From an uncultured Gaiellales bacterium (GTDB taxonomy: Bacteria; Actinomycetota; Thermoleophilia; Gaiellales; Gaiellaceae), in the NCBI GenBank assembly GCA_964496175.1, contig CAZBYA010000005.1:6481-70480 (forward strand): 64,000 nucleotides of DNA, given 5' to 3'. A program made the translations under genes and the position numbers. The notes beneath the pieces are model-generated. The model saw only the letters and a program-made list of their open reading frames with translations, ran no database searches and was not told the DNA's origin. Below, one piece after another: positions 37,115 through 45,861 of this stretch (the first letter of the stretch is position 1; the number at the start of each line of letters is the position of its first letter).

Positions 37115-37213
37115 AAAGCCCTGTGGCCGCACCGGCCGGTTGAGGAACGATCGTCGCACAATCGTGCGAATGGACGACTCGCGCGCGCGGGGGCGCGCGT
37201 CTACGGTCGTGGC

Positions 37214-37855
37214 ATGGCAGCTGCGCTCCTCCTCGCCGACGCCGAGCCGGAGACGAAGGGCTTCCTCGAGCGCCACCTCCCGCACGACGGCTTCGAGCTC
37301 GTGCCCCCGTACGGGCGCTTCGACCTCGTGCTCGCCGGCGACGGGGATCGCCTCGACCGCTGGGTCGAGCGCGCGCCCGTGATCGTGCTCGGGCGCGAGC
37401 AGGCGGACGCGCTCGACCGCATCCACGCGTTCCGCTGCGGGTGCGACGACTACGTGTCGAAGCCGTTCGAGTACCAGGAGCTCGTGGAGCGCATCCGCGC
37501 GGTGCTCCGCCGGGCGCAGCCACGGGGGCCGGAGGTGGTGGACGCGCCGCCCGTGCGGATCGACACCCGCACGCGCGACGTGCGTGTCGCCGGCGTCCGC
37601 ATCCGCCTGGCGCAGAAGGAGTACGAGCTGCTGCTCCGGCTCGCGCGCGAGCCCGAGCGCGTGTTCACGAAGGCCGAGCTGCTCCAGGAGGTGTGGAACT
37701 ACGCCACGATCGGCCGCACCCGCACCCTCGACTCGCACGCGTCGCGGCTGCGCCGCAAGCTGCGCGCCGTCGCCCCGGCGGTCGAGCTGGTCGAGAACGT
37801 GTGGGGCGTCGGCTACCGGCTGCTCCCCGCGCCCGCGACCGCGCCGGAGGTGTAG
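37214..37855 (+). CDS. Orphan OmpR-type winged-helix regulator with divergent receiver domain
   Basis: The C-terminal 'LAQKEYELLLRLA...VWGVGYRL' is canonical. The receiver keeps 'DDYVSKPF', but the acidic pocket and phospho-acceptor region ('LLLADAE', 'DLVLAGDGD') and the T/S position ('VIVLG') deviate. No kinase gene is adjacent. Confidence 0.75.
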   Translation: MAAALLLADAEPETKGFLERHLPHDGFELVPPYGRFDLVLAGDGDRLDRWVERAPVIVLGREQADALDRIHAFRCGCDDYVSKPFEYQELVERIRAVLRRAQPRGPEVVDAPPVRIDTRTRDVRVAGVRIRLAQKEYELLLRLAREPERVFTKAELLQEVWNYATIGRTRTLDSHASRLRRKLRAVAPAVELVENVWGVGYRLLPAPATAPEV

Positions 37856-37876
37856 GGCCGCGCGTACGCTTCCCGC

Positions 37877-38593
37877 GTGGACCAGGCCGGGAAGGCCGCC
37901 GCGTTCCGGCGGATGCACCACGAGCCGCCGCTGCTCGTGCTGCCGAACGCGTGGGACGTCGCCTCCGCGCGGGCCCTCGCGGAGCTGCCCGGCTGCCGCG
38001 CGCTCGCCACCTCGAGCGCCGCAGTCGCACGCTCGCTCGGCTTCGAGGACGGGGAGCAGGCGCCCGCGCAGGAGATGGTGCAGGTTGCGGCGCGGATCGC
38101 GGCGGCCGTCGACGTCCCCGTGAGCGCCGACCTCGAGCGCGGCTACGGCGACCCCGTCGGCACCGCGCGCGCGGCCTGGAACAGCGGGCTGGTCGGCATC
38201 AACTTCGAGGACTCGACCGCGGGCGCGCTCGTCCCCGTCGACGAGCAGGCGGAGGCGATCGCCGCGATCCGCGCGGCGGCGCCGGAACTCGTGGTCAACG
38301 CGCGGATCGACGTCTTCCTCCGCGGCGCGGGGACGGTCGACGACGCCGTCGAGCGGGCCGGCGCCTACCTCGCCGCCGGCGCGGACTGCGTCTTCCCGAT
38401 CCTCTGCCCGCCCGAGGCGATCGGCGAGCTCGCGCGTCGCATCGACGGGCCCGTCGCGGTCATCAACGCGCCCGGCGTGCCCGGCCCGGCGGAGCTCGCG
38501 CGTCTCGGCGTGGCGCGCATGACCTGGGGATCGGGGCTCGCGAGCGTCGCGTACGCCGAGGCGGTGCGCGTCGCCGCCGCGGCGCTCCCCTAG
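37877..38593 (+). CDS. Isocitrate lyase/PEP mutase superfamily enzyme (2-methylisocitrate lyase-like)
   Basis: 'LVLPNAWDVASAR', 'VSADLERGYG', 'GINFED'. GTG start. Confidence 0.8.
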   Translation: MDQAGKAAAFRRMHHEPPLLVLPNAWDVASARALAELPGCRALATSSAAVARSLGFEDGEQAPAQEMVQVAARIAAAVDVPVSADLERGYGDPVGTARAAWNSGLVGINFEDSTAGALVPVDEQAEAIAAIRAAAPELVVNARIDVFLRGAGTVDDAVERAGAYLAAGADCVFPILCPPEAIGELARRIDGPVAVINAPGVPGPAELARLGVARMTWGSGLASVAYAEAVRVAAAALP

Positions 38594-39846
38594 CGCCCGT
38601 GCACGATGCGGGCGCCGCGCCCGCGCGTCACGTAGCTGAACGTCCAGCGGGTGAGGACGATCAAGCGGTTCTGGAAGCCGACGAGGTAGGCGATGTGGAC
38701 GCCGAGCCAGAGCGCCCATGCGAGGAAGCCGGTCACGCGCACGCCCTTCAGCGTCCCGACCGCACGGGCGCGTCCGATCGTCGCGAGCTCGCCCTTGTCG
38801 CGGTACCGGAACGGCGCGCGCTCGCCGCGGCGGAGTGACCGCGCGACGTGCCGGCCCTGCTGCATCGCGACCGGCGCGACCCCGTGCAGCGCCTGCCCAC
38901 GCACGGCGACCATGTCGCCGACGGCGAAGATCTCGGGGTGCCCGCGCACGGTCAGGTCGGGCTCGACCACGAGCCGTCCGCCCCGGTCGAGCTCGGCGCC
39001 CGTCGCCTCGGCGAGCGCTGCGGCGAGCGGCGACGCGGTCACGCCGGCGGCCCAGACCGCGACGCGCGCGCGGACCGTCTCGCGCGCACCGTCCGCGCGC
39101 TCGACGTCAACCGTGCCGTGGCCCATGCCGACGACGCGCGTCGACAGCAGCGTCGTCACGCCGAGGGAGCGGAGCTGCCGCTCCGCGCTGCGCGACAGCC
39201 GCTCCGCGTAGCCGCCGAGGACGCGGTCGGCCGCCTCGACGAGCAGCACGCGCGCGGCGGCCGTGTCGATCGCGCGGTAGTCGCGCGGCAGCGCCTGCCG
39301 CGCGAGCTCTGCGATCTGCCCGGCCATCTCGACCCCGGTGGGGCCGGCGCCGACGACGACGAACGTCAGCCAGGACGTGCGCTCCCCCGGGTCGGGCTCC
39401 ACCTCGGCCGCCTCGAAGGCGGTCAGGATCCGGTTGCGCAGCTCGAGTGCCCCGTCGAGGGACTTCAGCTCCGGCGCGTGCCCCGCCCAGGCGTCGTTGC
39501 CGAAGTACGAGTAGCGCGCACCGCCGGCGACGACCAGCACGTCGTACGGGAGCCGCTCGCCCTCGGCGCCGTTCGGCAGGCGCCCGAGCAGCACCTCGCG
39601 GCGCTCGACGTCGAACCCGGTTGCCTCGGCGAGGACGACGCGCGCGTTGCGCTGGCGGCGGAGCACCTGACGCAGCGGCGCGGCCACCTCGACGGAGGAG
39701 AGCGCGCCGGTGGCGACCTGGTAGAGCAGCGGCTGGAAGAGGAAGAAGTTCTGGCGGTCGACGAGCGTGACGTCGGCGTCGGCGCGGCGCAGCCCGCGGG
39801 CGGCGAGCAGGCCCGCGAAGCCGCCGCCGACGATCACGACCCGCAT
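38590..39846 (-). CDS. ndh: Type II NADH dehydrogenase (NDH-2)
   Basis: 'VVIVGGGFAG', 'QPLLYQVATG', second Rossmann segment 'FVVVGAGPTGVE', 'AVGD'. Confidence 0.9.
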   Translation of the reverse strand: MRVVIVGGGFAGLLAARGLRRADADVTLVDRQNFFLFQPLLYQVATGALSSVEVAAPLRQVLRRQRNARVVLAEATGFDVERREVLLGRLPNGAEGERLPYDVLVVAGGARYSYFGNDAWAGHAPELKSLDGALELRNRILTAFEAAEVEPDPGERTSWLTFVVVGAGPTGVEMAGQIAELARQALPRDYRAIDTAAARVLLVEAADRVLGGYAERLSRSAERQLRSLGVTTLLSTRVVGMGHGTVDVERADGARETVRARVAVWAAGVTASPLAAALAEATGAELDRGGRLVVEPDLTVRGHPEIFAVGDMVAVRGQALHGVAPVAMQQGRHVARSLRRGERAPFRYRDKGELATIGRARAVGTLKGVRVTGFLAWALWLGVHIAYLVGFQNRLIVLTRWTFSYVTRGRGARIVHGR

Positions 39847-40395
39847 CTACTCGAGGATCGCCCCTTCGAGGCGGAGCAGGTGCCGCTTCCGCTCGAGGCC
39901 GCCGGCGTAGCCCGTCAGGGCGCCGTGGGCGCCGACGACGCGGTGGCACGGCAGGACGATCGGGATCGGGTTCCGGTTCATGACCGTGCCGACCGCCCGC
40001 GCGGCCTTCGGCCGGCCCACCTTGGCCGCGAGCGCGCCGTAGGTCTCCGTCCGGCCGTACGGGACGCGAGCCAGCTCGTGCAGGACAGCCTCGTTGAACG
40101 GCGCGACGCGGAGGTCGAGCGGCAGGTCGAATTCCCGGCGGCGCCCCTCGAAGTACTCGTCCAGCTCGCGGCGAACGTCGTCGAGCGGCGATCGCAGGAG
40201 CCGCGGCCCGAACGTGCGGACGAGCTGCTCCTCCGCCTGCTCCGGGAAGTACGCGATCCGGCAGACGCCGCGGTCGGTGGCGGCGACGTAGAGCTCCCCG
40301 AGCGGCGAGTCGACGAGGTCGAAGCGCACGTCGACGATCCCCTCGCGCAGCGCCGCCGCGCGAAACTGCGCGTCGAGCTCAGGCGTGACGTTCAT
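39847..40395 (-). CDS. ogt: Methylated-DNA--protein-cysteine methyltransferase
   Basis: Active site 'IVLPCHRVV', plus 'YGRTETYGALA' and 'AVGTVMNRNPIPI'. Confidence 0.9.
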   Translation of the reverse strand: MNVTPELDAQFRAAALREGIVDVRFDLVDSPLGELYVAATDRGVCRIAYFPEQAEEQLVRTFGPRLLRSPLDDVRRELDEYFEGRRREFDLPLDLRVAPFNEAVLHELARVPYGRTETYGALAAKVGRPKAARAVGTVMNRNPIPIVLPCHRVVGAHGALTGYAGGLERKRHLLRLEGAILE

Positions 40396-40855
40396 GTTCC
40401 CTCCTCAGTCTGCGGACGCCGGACGACGCCGCGGCGCGCGCGGCCTCCTCGGACGAGCCGAGCGCCTCGGCGATCTGGGCGTAGGGGAGGTCGTAGCCGT
40501 AGCGCAGCACGACCGCCGCGCGCTCCGTCGGCGGCAGCCCGTCGGTCAGGTGCTCGAGCTCGCGGAAGGCGTCGCGGCGCAACTCGACCGCGGGCTCTGC
40601 GGCCACGGTGAGCTCCGGCTTCGCCCGCAGCTCGTCCATCGCCACGTTCGTCGCGATCGTGAAGACCCACGCGCGCAGGTGACGCCCGTGCCGTAGGCGC
40701 CCGTACGCGCGCAGCGCGCGCAGGAAGGTCTCCTGCCATGCGTCCTCGGCACGCGGGCCGAGGAGCCGCCGCAGGTAGCCGAGCACGTCGTCGCGATGAG
40801 CGAGGTAGAAGCGCTCGAAGGGCGGGATCGGCGGGTCGGCCACGTTCCCCATCAT
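40379..40855 (-). CDS. ECF-type RNA polymerase sigma factor
   Basis: Region 2 'AWQETFLRALRAYGRL...LRAWVFTIATNVAMDELR' and region 4 'LPPTERAAVVLRYGYDLPYAQIAEALG'. Its 3' end overlaps the ogt start by 17 nt. Confidence 0.85.
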   Translation of the reverse strand: MMGNVADPPIPPFERFYLAHRDDVLGYLRRLLGPRAEDAWQETFLRALRAYGRLRHGRHLRAWVFTIATNVAMDELRAKPELTVAAEPAVELRRDAFRELEHLTDGLPPTERAAVVLRYGYDLPYAQIAEALGSSEEAARAAASSGVRRLRREHERHA

Positions 40856-40865
40856 CGACCCAAAC

Positions 40866-41669
40866 GTGGCAGGGTGCGGCGTTGTGAGATGCGCGGTCGT
40901 CGGTCACGTCGAATGGGTCGAGTTCGCCCGCGTCCCGCACATGCCGGCGGCCGGGGAGATCGTGCACGCGGACGAGACGTGGGAGGAGCCGGCCGGCGGC
41001 GGCGCCGTCGTGTCGCGACAGCTCGCCCTGCTCGCGGGCCGCTGCGAGCTCTTCACCGCGCTCGGCGGGGACGAGCTCGGCCGACGCAGCGAGCGGCGGC
41101 TCGCCGAGCTCGGCGTCGACGTCCACGCCGAGCGCCGCGGCAGCACGCGGCGCGCCTGGACGCATGTGGACGCCGCCGGCGAGCGCACCATCACCGTGCT
41201 CGGCGACAAGCTGCTGGCCACGCACCCGCCGCCGTTCCACGGCTACGACGCCGTCTTCTTCGTCTCCGGCGCGGTCGAGGCGCTGCGCGCGGCGCGGGCG
41301 GCCCGGTTCCTCGCCGCGTCGGCGCGCGAGCTGCCGACGCTGCGCGAGGCAGGCGTCGCGCTCGACCTGCTCGTCGCGAGCGCGCACGACCCCGGCGAGC
41401 GCTACGACGGGTCGCTCGACGCGCGTGCGGTCGTGCTGACGGAGGGCGCGGCCGGCGGCACGTTCAACGGCGAGCGCTACGCCGCCGCGCCCGCCCCGGA
41501 GCGCGTCGCCGACACGTACGGCGCCGGCGACTCGTTCGCGGCTGCCCTCTGCTTCGCGCTCGCGCGCGGCGATGCGCCCGCGGACGCGCTCGCGCTCGCG
41601 GCGCGCGCGGGCGCGGCGGTGCTCGCCGGGCGCGGCCCGTACACCTCGCAGCTAGCCTTGCGCGGGTGA
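40866..41669 (+). CDS. PfkB-family carbohydrate/nucleoside kinase
   Basis: C-terminal 'VADTYGAGDSFAAAL' signature and an N-terminal 'AVVGHV' strand. The exact start is uncertain. Confidence 0.75.
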   Translation: MAGCGVVRCAVVGHVEWVEFARVPHMPAAGEIVHADETWEEPAGGGAVVSRQLALLAGRCELFTALGGDELGRRSERRLAELGVDVHAERRGSTRRAWTHVDAAGERTITVLGDKLLATHPPPFHGYDAVFFVSGAVEALRAARAARFLAASARELPTLREAGVALDLLVASAHDPGERYDGSLDARAVVLTEGAAGGTFNGERYAAAPAPERVADTYGAGDSFAAALCFALARGDAPADALALAARAGAAVLAGRGPYTSQLALRG

Positions 41670-42439
41670 CCGCCCGCGTCGCCTGGATCTCGCTGACGCC
41701 CGTCAAGGCGCTCGCGCTCGCCCAGGTCGACGAGATCGAGCTGGACGAGCACGGGCTGCGCGGCGACCGCCGCTTCTACCTCGTCGACGAAACCGGCCGG
41801 CTCGTCAGCTCCAAGCGGCCGCGCCGCAGCGTCCTGCAGACCGCACGCGCCGAGTACGAGGAGGAGTCCCGCGTACTGACCGTCCGGACGCCCGAGGGCG
41901 ACGTGGACGCGGAGGCGCAGCCGGGCGACGAGCTCGTCACGGACTTCCACGGCGCGCCCAGGCCGGCGCGCGTTGTCGCGGGGCCCTGGGACGAGCTCCT
42001 CTCCGGGCTGGTCGGCGAGCGCCTGCGCCTCGTGGTGCCCGAGGGCCGGGCGCCCGACCGCGGGCGGAGCGGTGCGACCACGCTCCTCGCGACGGCGTCG
42101 CTCGCGGCGCTGGCCCGCGAGCTGGGCGTCGAGCGCGTCGATCCGCGGCGCTTCCGGATGAGCTTCGGCGTCGAGGGTCTCGAGCCGCACGAGGAGGACG
42201 GCTGGCTCGGGCGCCGCGTGCGCGTCGGCGACGCCGTCGTCGTGCTGCACGGCAACGTCGGCCGCTGTGCGATCACGACCCAGAACCCCGACACCGGGAC
42301 GTCCGACCTCGACACGCTGAACGCGCTCGCGCGCTACCGCCGCGACGTCGAGACGACCGAGCCGCTGCCGTTCGGCGTCCACGCCGCCGTCGCCGAGCCC
42401 GGGCGGGTGCGCCTGGGCGACCCCGTCGAACCCGTCTAA
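41666..42439 (+). CDS. MOSC domain-containing protein
   Basis: GTGA overlap with the upstream gene. 'GDRRFYLVDE', 'RFRMSFGVEG', conserved Cys in 'GNVGRCAITT'. Confidence 0.8.
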   Translation: MTARVAWISLTPVKALALAQVDEIELDEHGLRGDRRFYLVDETGRLVSSKRPRRSVLQTARAEYEEESRVLTVRTPEGDVDAEAQPGDELVTDFHGAPRPARVVAGPWDELLSGLVGERLRLVVPEGRAPDRGRSGATTLLATASLAALARELGVERVDPRRFRMSFGVEGLEPHEEDGWLGRRVRVGDAVVVLHGNVGRCAITTQNPDTGTSDLDTLNALARYRRDVETTEPLPFGVHAAVAEPGRVRLGDPVEPV

Positions 42440-44046
42440 CCGCTCGCGAGCGGGCAGGGCCCGAGGTCGACGTTCGCCGGCGCGAGCCGGTCGGCCGCGG
42501 GCGCGTTCGTCAGCTCGTCCCAGAGGTTCTCGAGGAAGCGCGAGACGGAGGGGCAGCGGACATCGGTGCCGGCGAGCGTGAACGCGCCGGCGGCGAAGAC
42601 GTGCGCGCCGGCGGACGTCACGTAGTACGTCATCTCGGCGGGTTGGCCCGAGCCGAACACGTCCGGGATCTGCGCGAGCACCTGCGTCTGCGGCGGCGAG
42701 TCGGCGGTGCGATGGTCGGACTCGATGCCGAAGGCGCCGAACGGCGAGCCGTCGGCGACGCCGGTGCCGGCGAAGAGCCACGGCGCGGCCGCGGTCGAGT
42801 CGACGACGTAGGGAGCCGAGCCCGAGACGCCGTGGTTCCAGTCGAAGTACTCGACGCCGACGAGCGCCGCCTCGGGCCGGCCGAGGTCGCGCCACAGGCC
42901 GATACGTGTGATCGTGTCGCCGCTCTGGTTCACGCGCCAGAAGAAGTTGTTCGCGGAGAGGAAGGCGAGGTTCCCGCCGAGGTCGCGGTAGCGCTGCACG
43001 GCGTCGTACTCCGCCTCCGTCGCGTACTCCTCGTGGCCGGGGAAGACGATCAGGTCGTACAGCTGGCGGAGCCGCTCGCCCGACAGCTGCTGCACGTCGT
43101 CCTGCGCGAGCATGTCGACCTGCTTGCCGCTGCGCGCGAGCCAGCGCAGGAACGTGAGGTCGTACTGGCGGAAGTGCGGAGGGACGCCACGGTCGAGGAA
43201 CGGCCGCGCCAGGTCGACCGTCCGCTGCGTCGCGCGGTAGTACCACGTGTCCGGGACGCCGTCGTGGTTCGAGTCGCGGTAGTTGTAGGCCTGCCACGTG
43301 TTCGTCGGCTCGATCACGGCGACCCGCGACGCGCCGAGCTGCGCGGGGCGGACGATGAACGGCGCGAAGCCGACCTTCGAGCCCGACGTGAGCCGGGCGG
43401 CGTAGAAGCCGCTCGGCCAGTCGCCGACCGTGAACCGGAGCGTGCGCCCGGCGGCGGCGACGTCGATCGGGTCGCCGACGGGGACGCCCTCGAGCGTCCG
43501 GTCGCCGATCGTCAGCTGCTGCTCCGGCCCGACGTGGAGCATCTGGACGCGGAGGTGCGCGTACCGGCCCGACAGCCCGAGCGCCGCGACCTCGCCCGGC
43601 GCGTAGCTCCGGCGGGCGAAGGCGGCGGCGACCGAGGTCGCGTCGGTCGATCGGATGTCGAGACCCGCCGAGGCGTTCGCGATCAGCGTCGTCGGCAGGT
43701 ACGTCGAGTTGCGGATCGACAGCGGCTGCGTCGTCGTCCGCCCGCCGGCCCGGAGCTCGAGGACGTAGCGGCCGTCCCGGATCCGGATCGTGTCGAAGCG
43801 CGGTGAGAGCACCCGGCCGCGTGCGGGCCGCCAGCCGGTCGCGCCCACGAGCCGCCAGCGGTCGACCGGCCGCGAGGCGACCAGCGCGACGGCGCCGGCG
43901 AGGTCGCGGGTGGCGAGCCGGAGGCCGTCGACCTGGGCCCGGACGACCGGGGCGGGCGGCGGGGGCGCGTTGCCCATCACGACCGCGGCCGCCGGCAGCG
44001 CGGCGGCCGAAATCGCCACGAGCAGGGCAATTCGCCGGTCGCCCAT
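42436..44046 (-). CDS. Secreted protein; C-terminal part resembles N,N-dimethylformamidase beta-subunit-like/GATase-like domains
   Basis: ATG 44044-44046. Signal peptide 'MGDRRIALLVAISAAALPAAAVVMG'. 'VAVIEPTNTWQAYNYRD', 'LIVFPGHEEYAT', 'GGNLAFLSANNFFWRV'. The rest of the 864-aa track ORF is antisense to mraZ/rsmH. Confidence 0.65.
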   Translation of the reverse strand: MGDRRIALLVAISAAALPAAAVVMGNAPPPPAPVVRAQVDGLRLATRDLAGAVALVASRPVDRWRLVGATGWRPARGRVLSPRFDTIRIRDGRYVLELRAGGRTTTQPLSIRNSTYLPTTLIANASAGLDIRSTDATSVAAAFARRSYAPGEVAALGLSGRYAHLRVQMLHVGPEQQLTIGDRTLEGVPVGDPIDVAAAGRTLRFTVGDWPSGFYAARLTSGSKVGFAPFIVRPAQLGASRVAVIEPTNTWQAYNYRDSNHDGVPDTWYYRATQRTVDLARPFLDRGVPPHFRQYDLTFLRWLARSGKQVDMLAQDDVQQLSGERLRQLYDLIVFPGHEEYATEAEYDAVQRYRDLGGNLAFLSANNFFWRVNQSGDTITRIGLWRDLGRPEAALVGVEYFDWNHGVSGSAPYVVDSTAAAPWLFAGTGVADGSPFGAFGIESDHRTADSPPQTQVLAQIPDVFGSGQPAEMTYYVTSAGAHVFAAGAFTLAGTDVRCPSVSRFLENLWDELTNAPAADRLAPANVDLGPCPLASG

Positions 44047-44110
44047 AGGCGCCACGATCGCGCCGCGGGCGCGGGCCCGCATCCGTGGTTCCGACGGACG
44101 CCTCCTGGGG

Positions 44111-44139
44111 TTTACAGGTGGGGGAAAGTGGGATACAGT
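44111..44139 (+). promoter_or_regulatory. Candidate sigma-A promoter of the dcw operon (TTTACA-17 nt-TACAGT)
   Basis: The hexamers and the 17-nt spacer were read directly. The -10 hexamer ends 18 nt upstream of the mraZ ATG. Confidence 0.5.
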
Positions 44140-44152
44140 GGGGCGCAGTGGA
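44118..44152 (+). promoter_or_regulatory. Four direct GTGG(G/A) boxes with exact 10-bp phasing (putative MraZ operator)
   Basis: GTGGG at 44118, 44128 and 44138, and GTGGA at 44148. They overlap the candidate promoter and end 5 nt before the mraZ ATG. Confidence 0.6.
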
Positions 44153-44157
44153 CCGCG

Positions 44158-44580
44158 ATGCTCCTCGGTGAACACGACCACGCCCTCGACGAGAAGAACC
44201 GGCTCACGCTGCCCGCGAAGCTGCGCGCGGCCTTCGAGGACGGCGTCGTGATCACGCGCGGGCTCGACGGGTGCCTGTTCGCCTACCCCCGCGCCGAGTG
44301 GGAGGGGATGGCCGAGCGGATCCGCCGCCTCGACCCGCTCGCCCCCGACGCCCGCGTGCTCCAGCGCCACTTCTTCGCGGGCGCGGCGCAGGGCGAGCTC
44401 GACCGCCAGGGCCGGCTCGTGCTGCCGACGACCCTGATCGAGCACGCCGGGCTCGGGCGCGAGGTGACCGTCGCGGGCGTCTACGACCACCTGGAGATCT
44501 GGGACCGAGCGAAGTGGCGCCAGCAGCCGCATCAGGCCGAAGGGAGGGCGGAAGATGTTGCCGAGCGTCTTGCCGACTGA
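44158..44580 (+). CDS. mraZ: Transcriptional regulator MraZ
   Basis: 'MLLGEHDHALDEKNRLTLPAKLR' and a second SpoVT/AbrB-like repeat 'ELDRQGRLVLPTTL'. ATG 44158 is preferred over the track's GTG 44128, which falls inside box 2. Confidence 0.9.
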   Translation: MLLGEHDHALDEKNRLTLPAKLRAAFEDGVVITRGLDGCLFAYPRAEWEGMAERIRRLDPLAPDARVLQRHFFAGAAQGELDRQGRLVLPTTLIEHAGLGREVTVAGVYDHLEIWDRAKWRQQPHQAEGRAEDVAERLAD

Positions 44581-45508
44581 GTCCGACCACGTCCCCGTCC
44601 TCGCCGAGGAGGTCGTGTCGCTGCTCGACCCGCGACCGGGCGAGACCGTCGTCGACGGCACGTTCGGCGCGGGCGGGCACGCAGAGCTGCTCGCCGCGCG
44701 CCTGCGCGGGGAGGGGAAGCTGATCGCGATCGACCGCGATCCGACGGTGGCGCCGTACTTCGAACGGCTCCGTCGCAGTACCGGCGTCAAGGCGAGGCTG
44801 CACCACGGCGAGTTCTCGTCGGTGCTGCGCCAGCTCTCGGAGAACGGCGTGCGCGCCGACGTCGTCCTGCTCGACCTCGGCGTCTCGTCGATGCAGCTCG
44901 ACCGGCCCGACCGCGGCTTCTCGTACGCGGTCGACGCGCCGCTCGACATGCGCATGGACCCGGGCGCGGAGCACTCGGCGCGCGAGCTCGTCAATGAGGC
45001 GGGCGAGCGCGAGCTCGCGGACATCTTCACGCGCTACGGCGAGGAGCGGTACGCACGCCAGATCGCCCGCGCGATCGTGGCGCGCCGCCGCAAGCAGCGG
45101 TTCGAGCGGACGGCCGACCTCGTCGAGACGATCAAGGGCGCGATCCCGGCGCCGGCGCGGTTCGGCGAGGGGCACCCGGCGAAGCGCGTGTTCCAGGCGC
45201 TGCGGATCGAGGTCAACGACGAGCTCGGGTCGCTCGAGCGGGCGCTGCCGGCGGCGCTCGAGATGCTGCGCCCGGGCGGCCGCCTCGGCGTGATCTCCTT
45301 CCACTCGCTCGAGGACCGGCTCGTCAAGCGCTTCCTGCGCGCGCAGGAGCACGGCTGCACCTGCCCGCCCGACTTCCCCGTCTGCGTCTGCGGCTCGCAG
45401 CCGACGATGCGCGCCACGCCGCGCCGCGCGGTTCGCCCGACCGCCGGGGAGATCGCGCGCAACCCGCGCGCCCAGTCGGCGCGCCTGCGCGTGGGGACGA
45501 GGGTCTGA
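44555..45508 (+). CDS. rsmH: 16S rRNA (cytosine1402-N4)-methyltransferase
   Basis: The SD 'gggaggg' lies upstream. 'HVPVL', 'VDGTFGAGGH', 'LLDLGVSSMQLD', 'ISFHSLEDR'. Confidence 0.9.
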   Translation: MLPSVLPTESDHVPVLAEEVVSLLDPRPGETVVDGTFGAGGHAELLAARLRGEGKLIAIDRDPTVAPYFERLRRSTGVKARLHHGEFSSVLRQLSENGVRADVVLLDLGVSSMQLDRPDRGFSYAVDAPLDMRMDPGAEHSARELVNEAGERELADIFTRYGEERYARQIARAIVARRRKQRFERTADLVETIKGAIPAPARFGEGHPAKRVFQALRIEVNDELGSLERALPAALEMLRPGGRLGVISFHSLEDRLVKRFLRAQEHGCTCPPDFPVCVCGSQPTMRATPRRAVRPTAGEIARNPRAQSARLRVGTRV

Positions 45509-45855
45509 TGGCCAGCGCGACGCACGCACACGCGGCGATCGCCCAGCCCGTCCCGCGGACCAGGACGCGCCCGCAGACGCGGCGCAGGCGCGCCCGCGCG
45601 CGCGGCGGCATCCTCTGGATCGCGATCAGCGGGATTCTGCTCGCGGGCGTCGTATTCGTGAACGTGGCCGTGCTCCAGCTGAACCTGTCGCTCGACTCCG
45701 CGAACGCCGAGCGCGTGAAGCTGCGCGCGGAGAACGCGGCGCTCCAGCAGCAGCTCGCGAGCGAGCTCGCCTCGCCACGAGTCCAGGCGCGCGCCGCGAA
45801 GGTGTACGGCCTCGTCCCCGCCCAACAGTACGGGTACGTGAACCTCGCGAAGTAG
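45508..45855 (+). CDS. ftsL: FtsL-like cell division protein
   Basis: Position in the dcw cluster. It has an Arg-rich N-terminus, a single TM 'ILWIAISGILLAGVVFVNVAVL' and then a coiled coil. Confidence 0.7.
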   Translation: MASATHAHAAIAQPVPRTRTRPQTRRRRARARGGILWIAISGILLAGVVFVNVAVLQLNLSLDSANAERVKLRAENAALQQQLASELASPRVQARAAKVYGLVPAQQYGYVNLAK

Positions 45856-45861
45856 GCGGCC

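Noticed and set aside
35255-38719. 1154-aa minus-strand ORF
   Set aside because: It is antisense to the ABC1 kinase, the atypical regulator and the PEP-mutase-family genes. Composition is low-complexity and no motifs are present.
42436-45030. Full 864-aa version of the secreted-protein ORF
   Set aside because: The part upstream of ATG 44044-44046 is antisense to mraZ/rsmH and lacks any signal peptide. The internal ATG is followed by a clear signal peptide.
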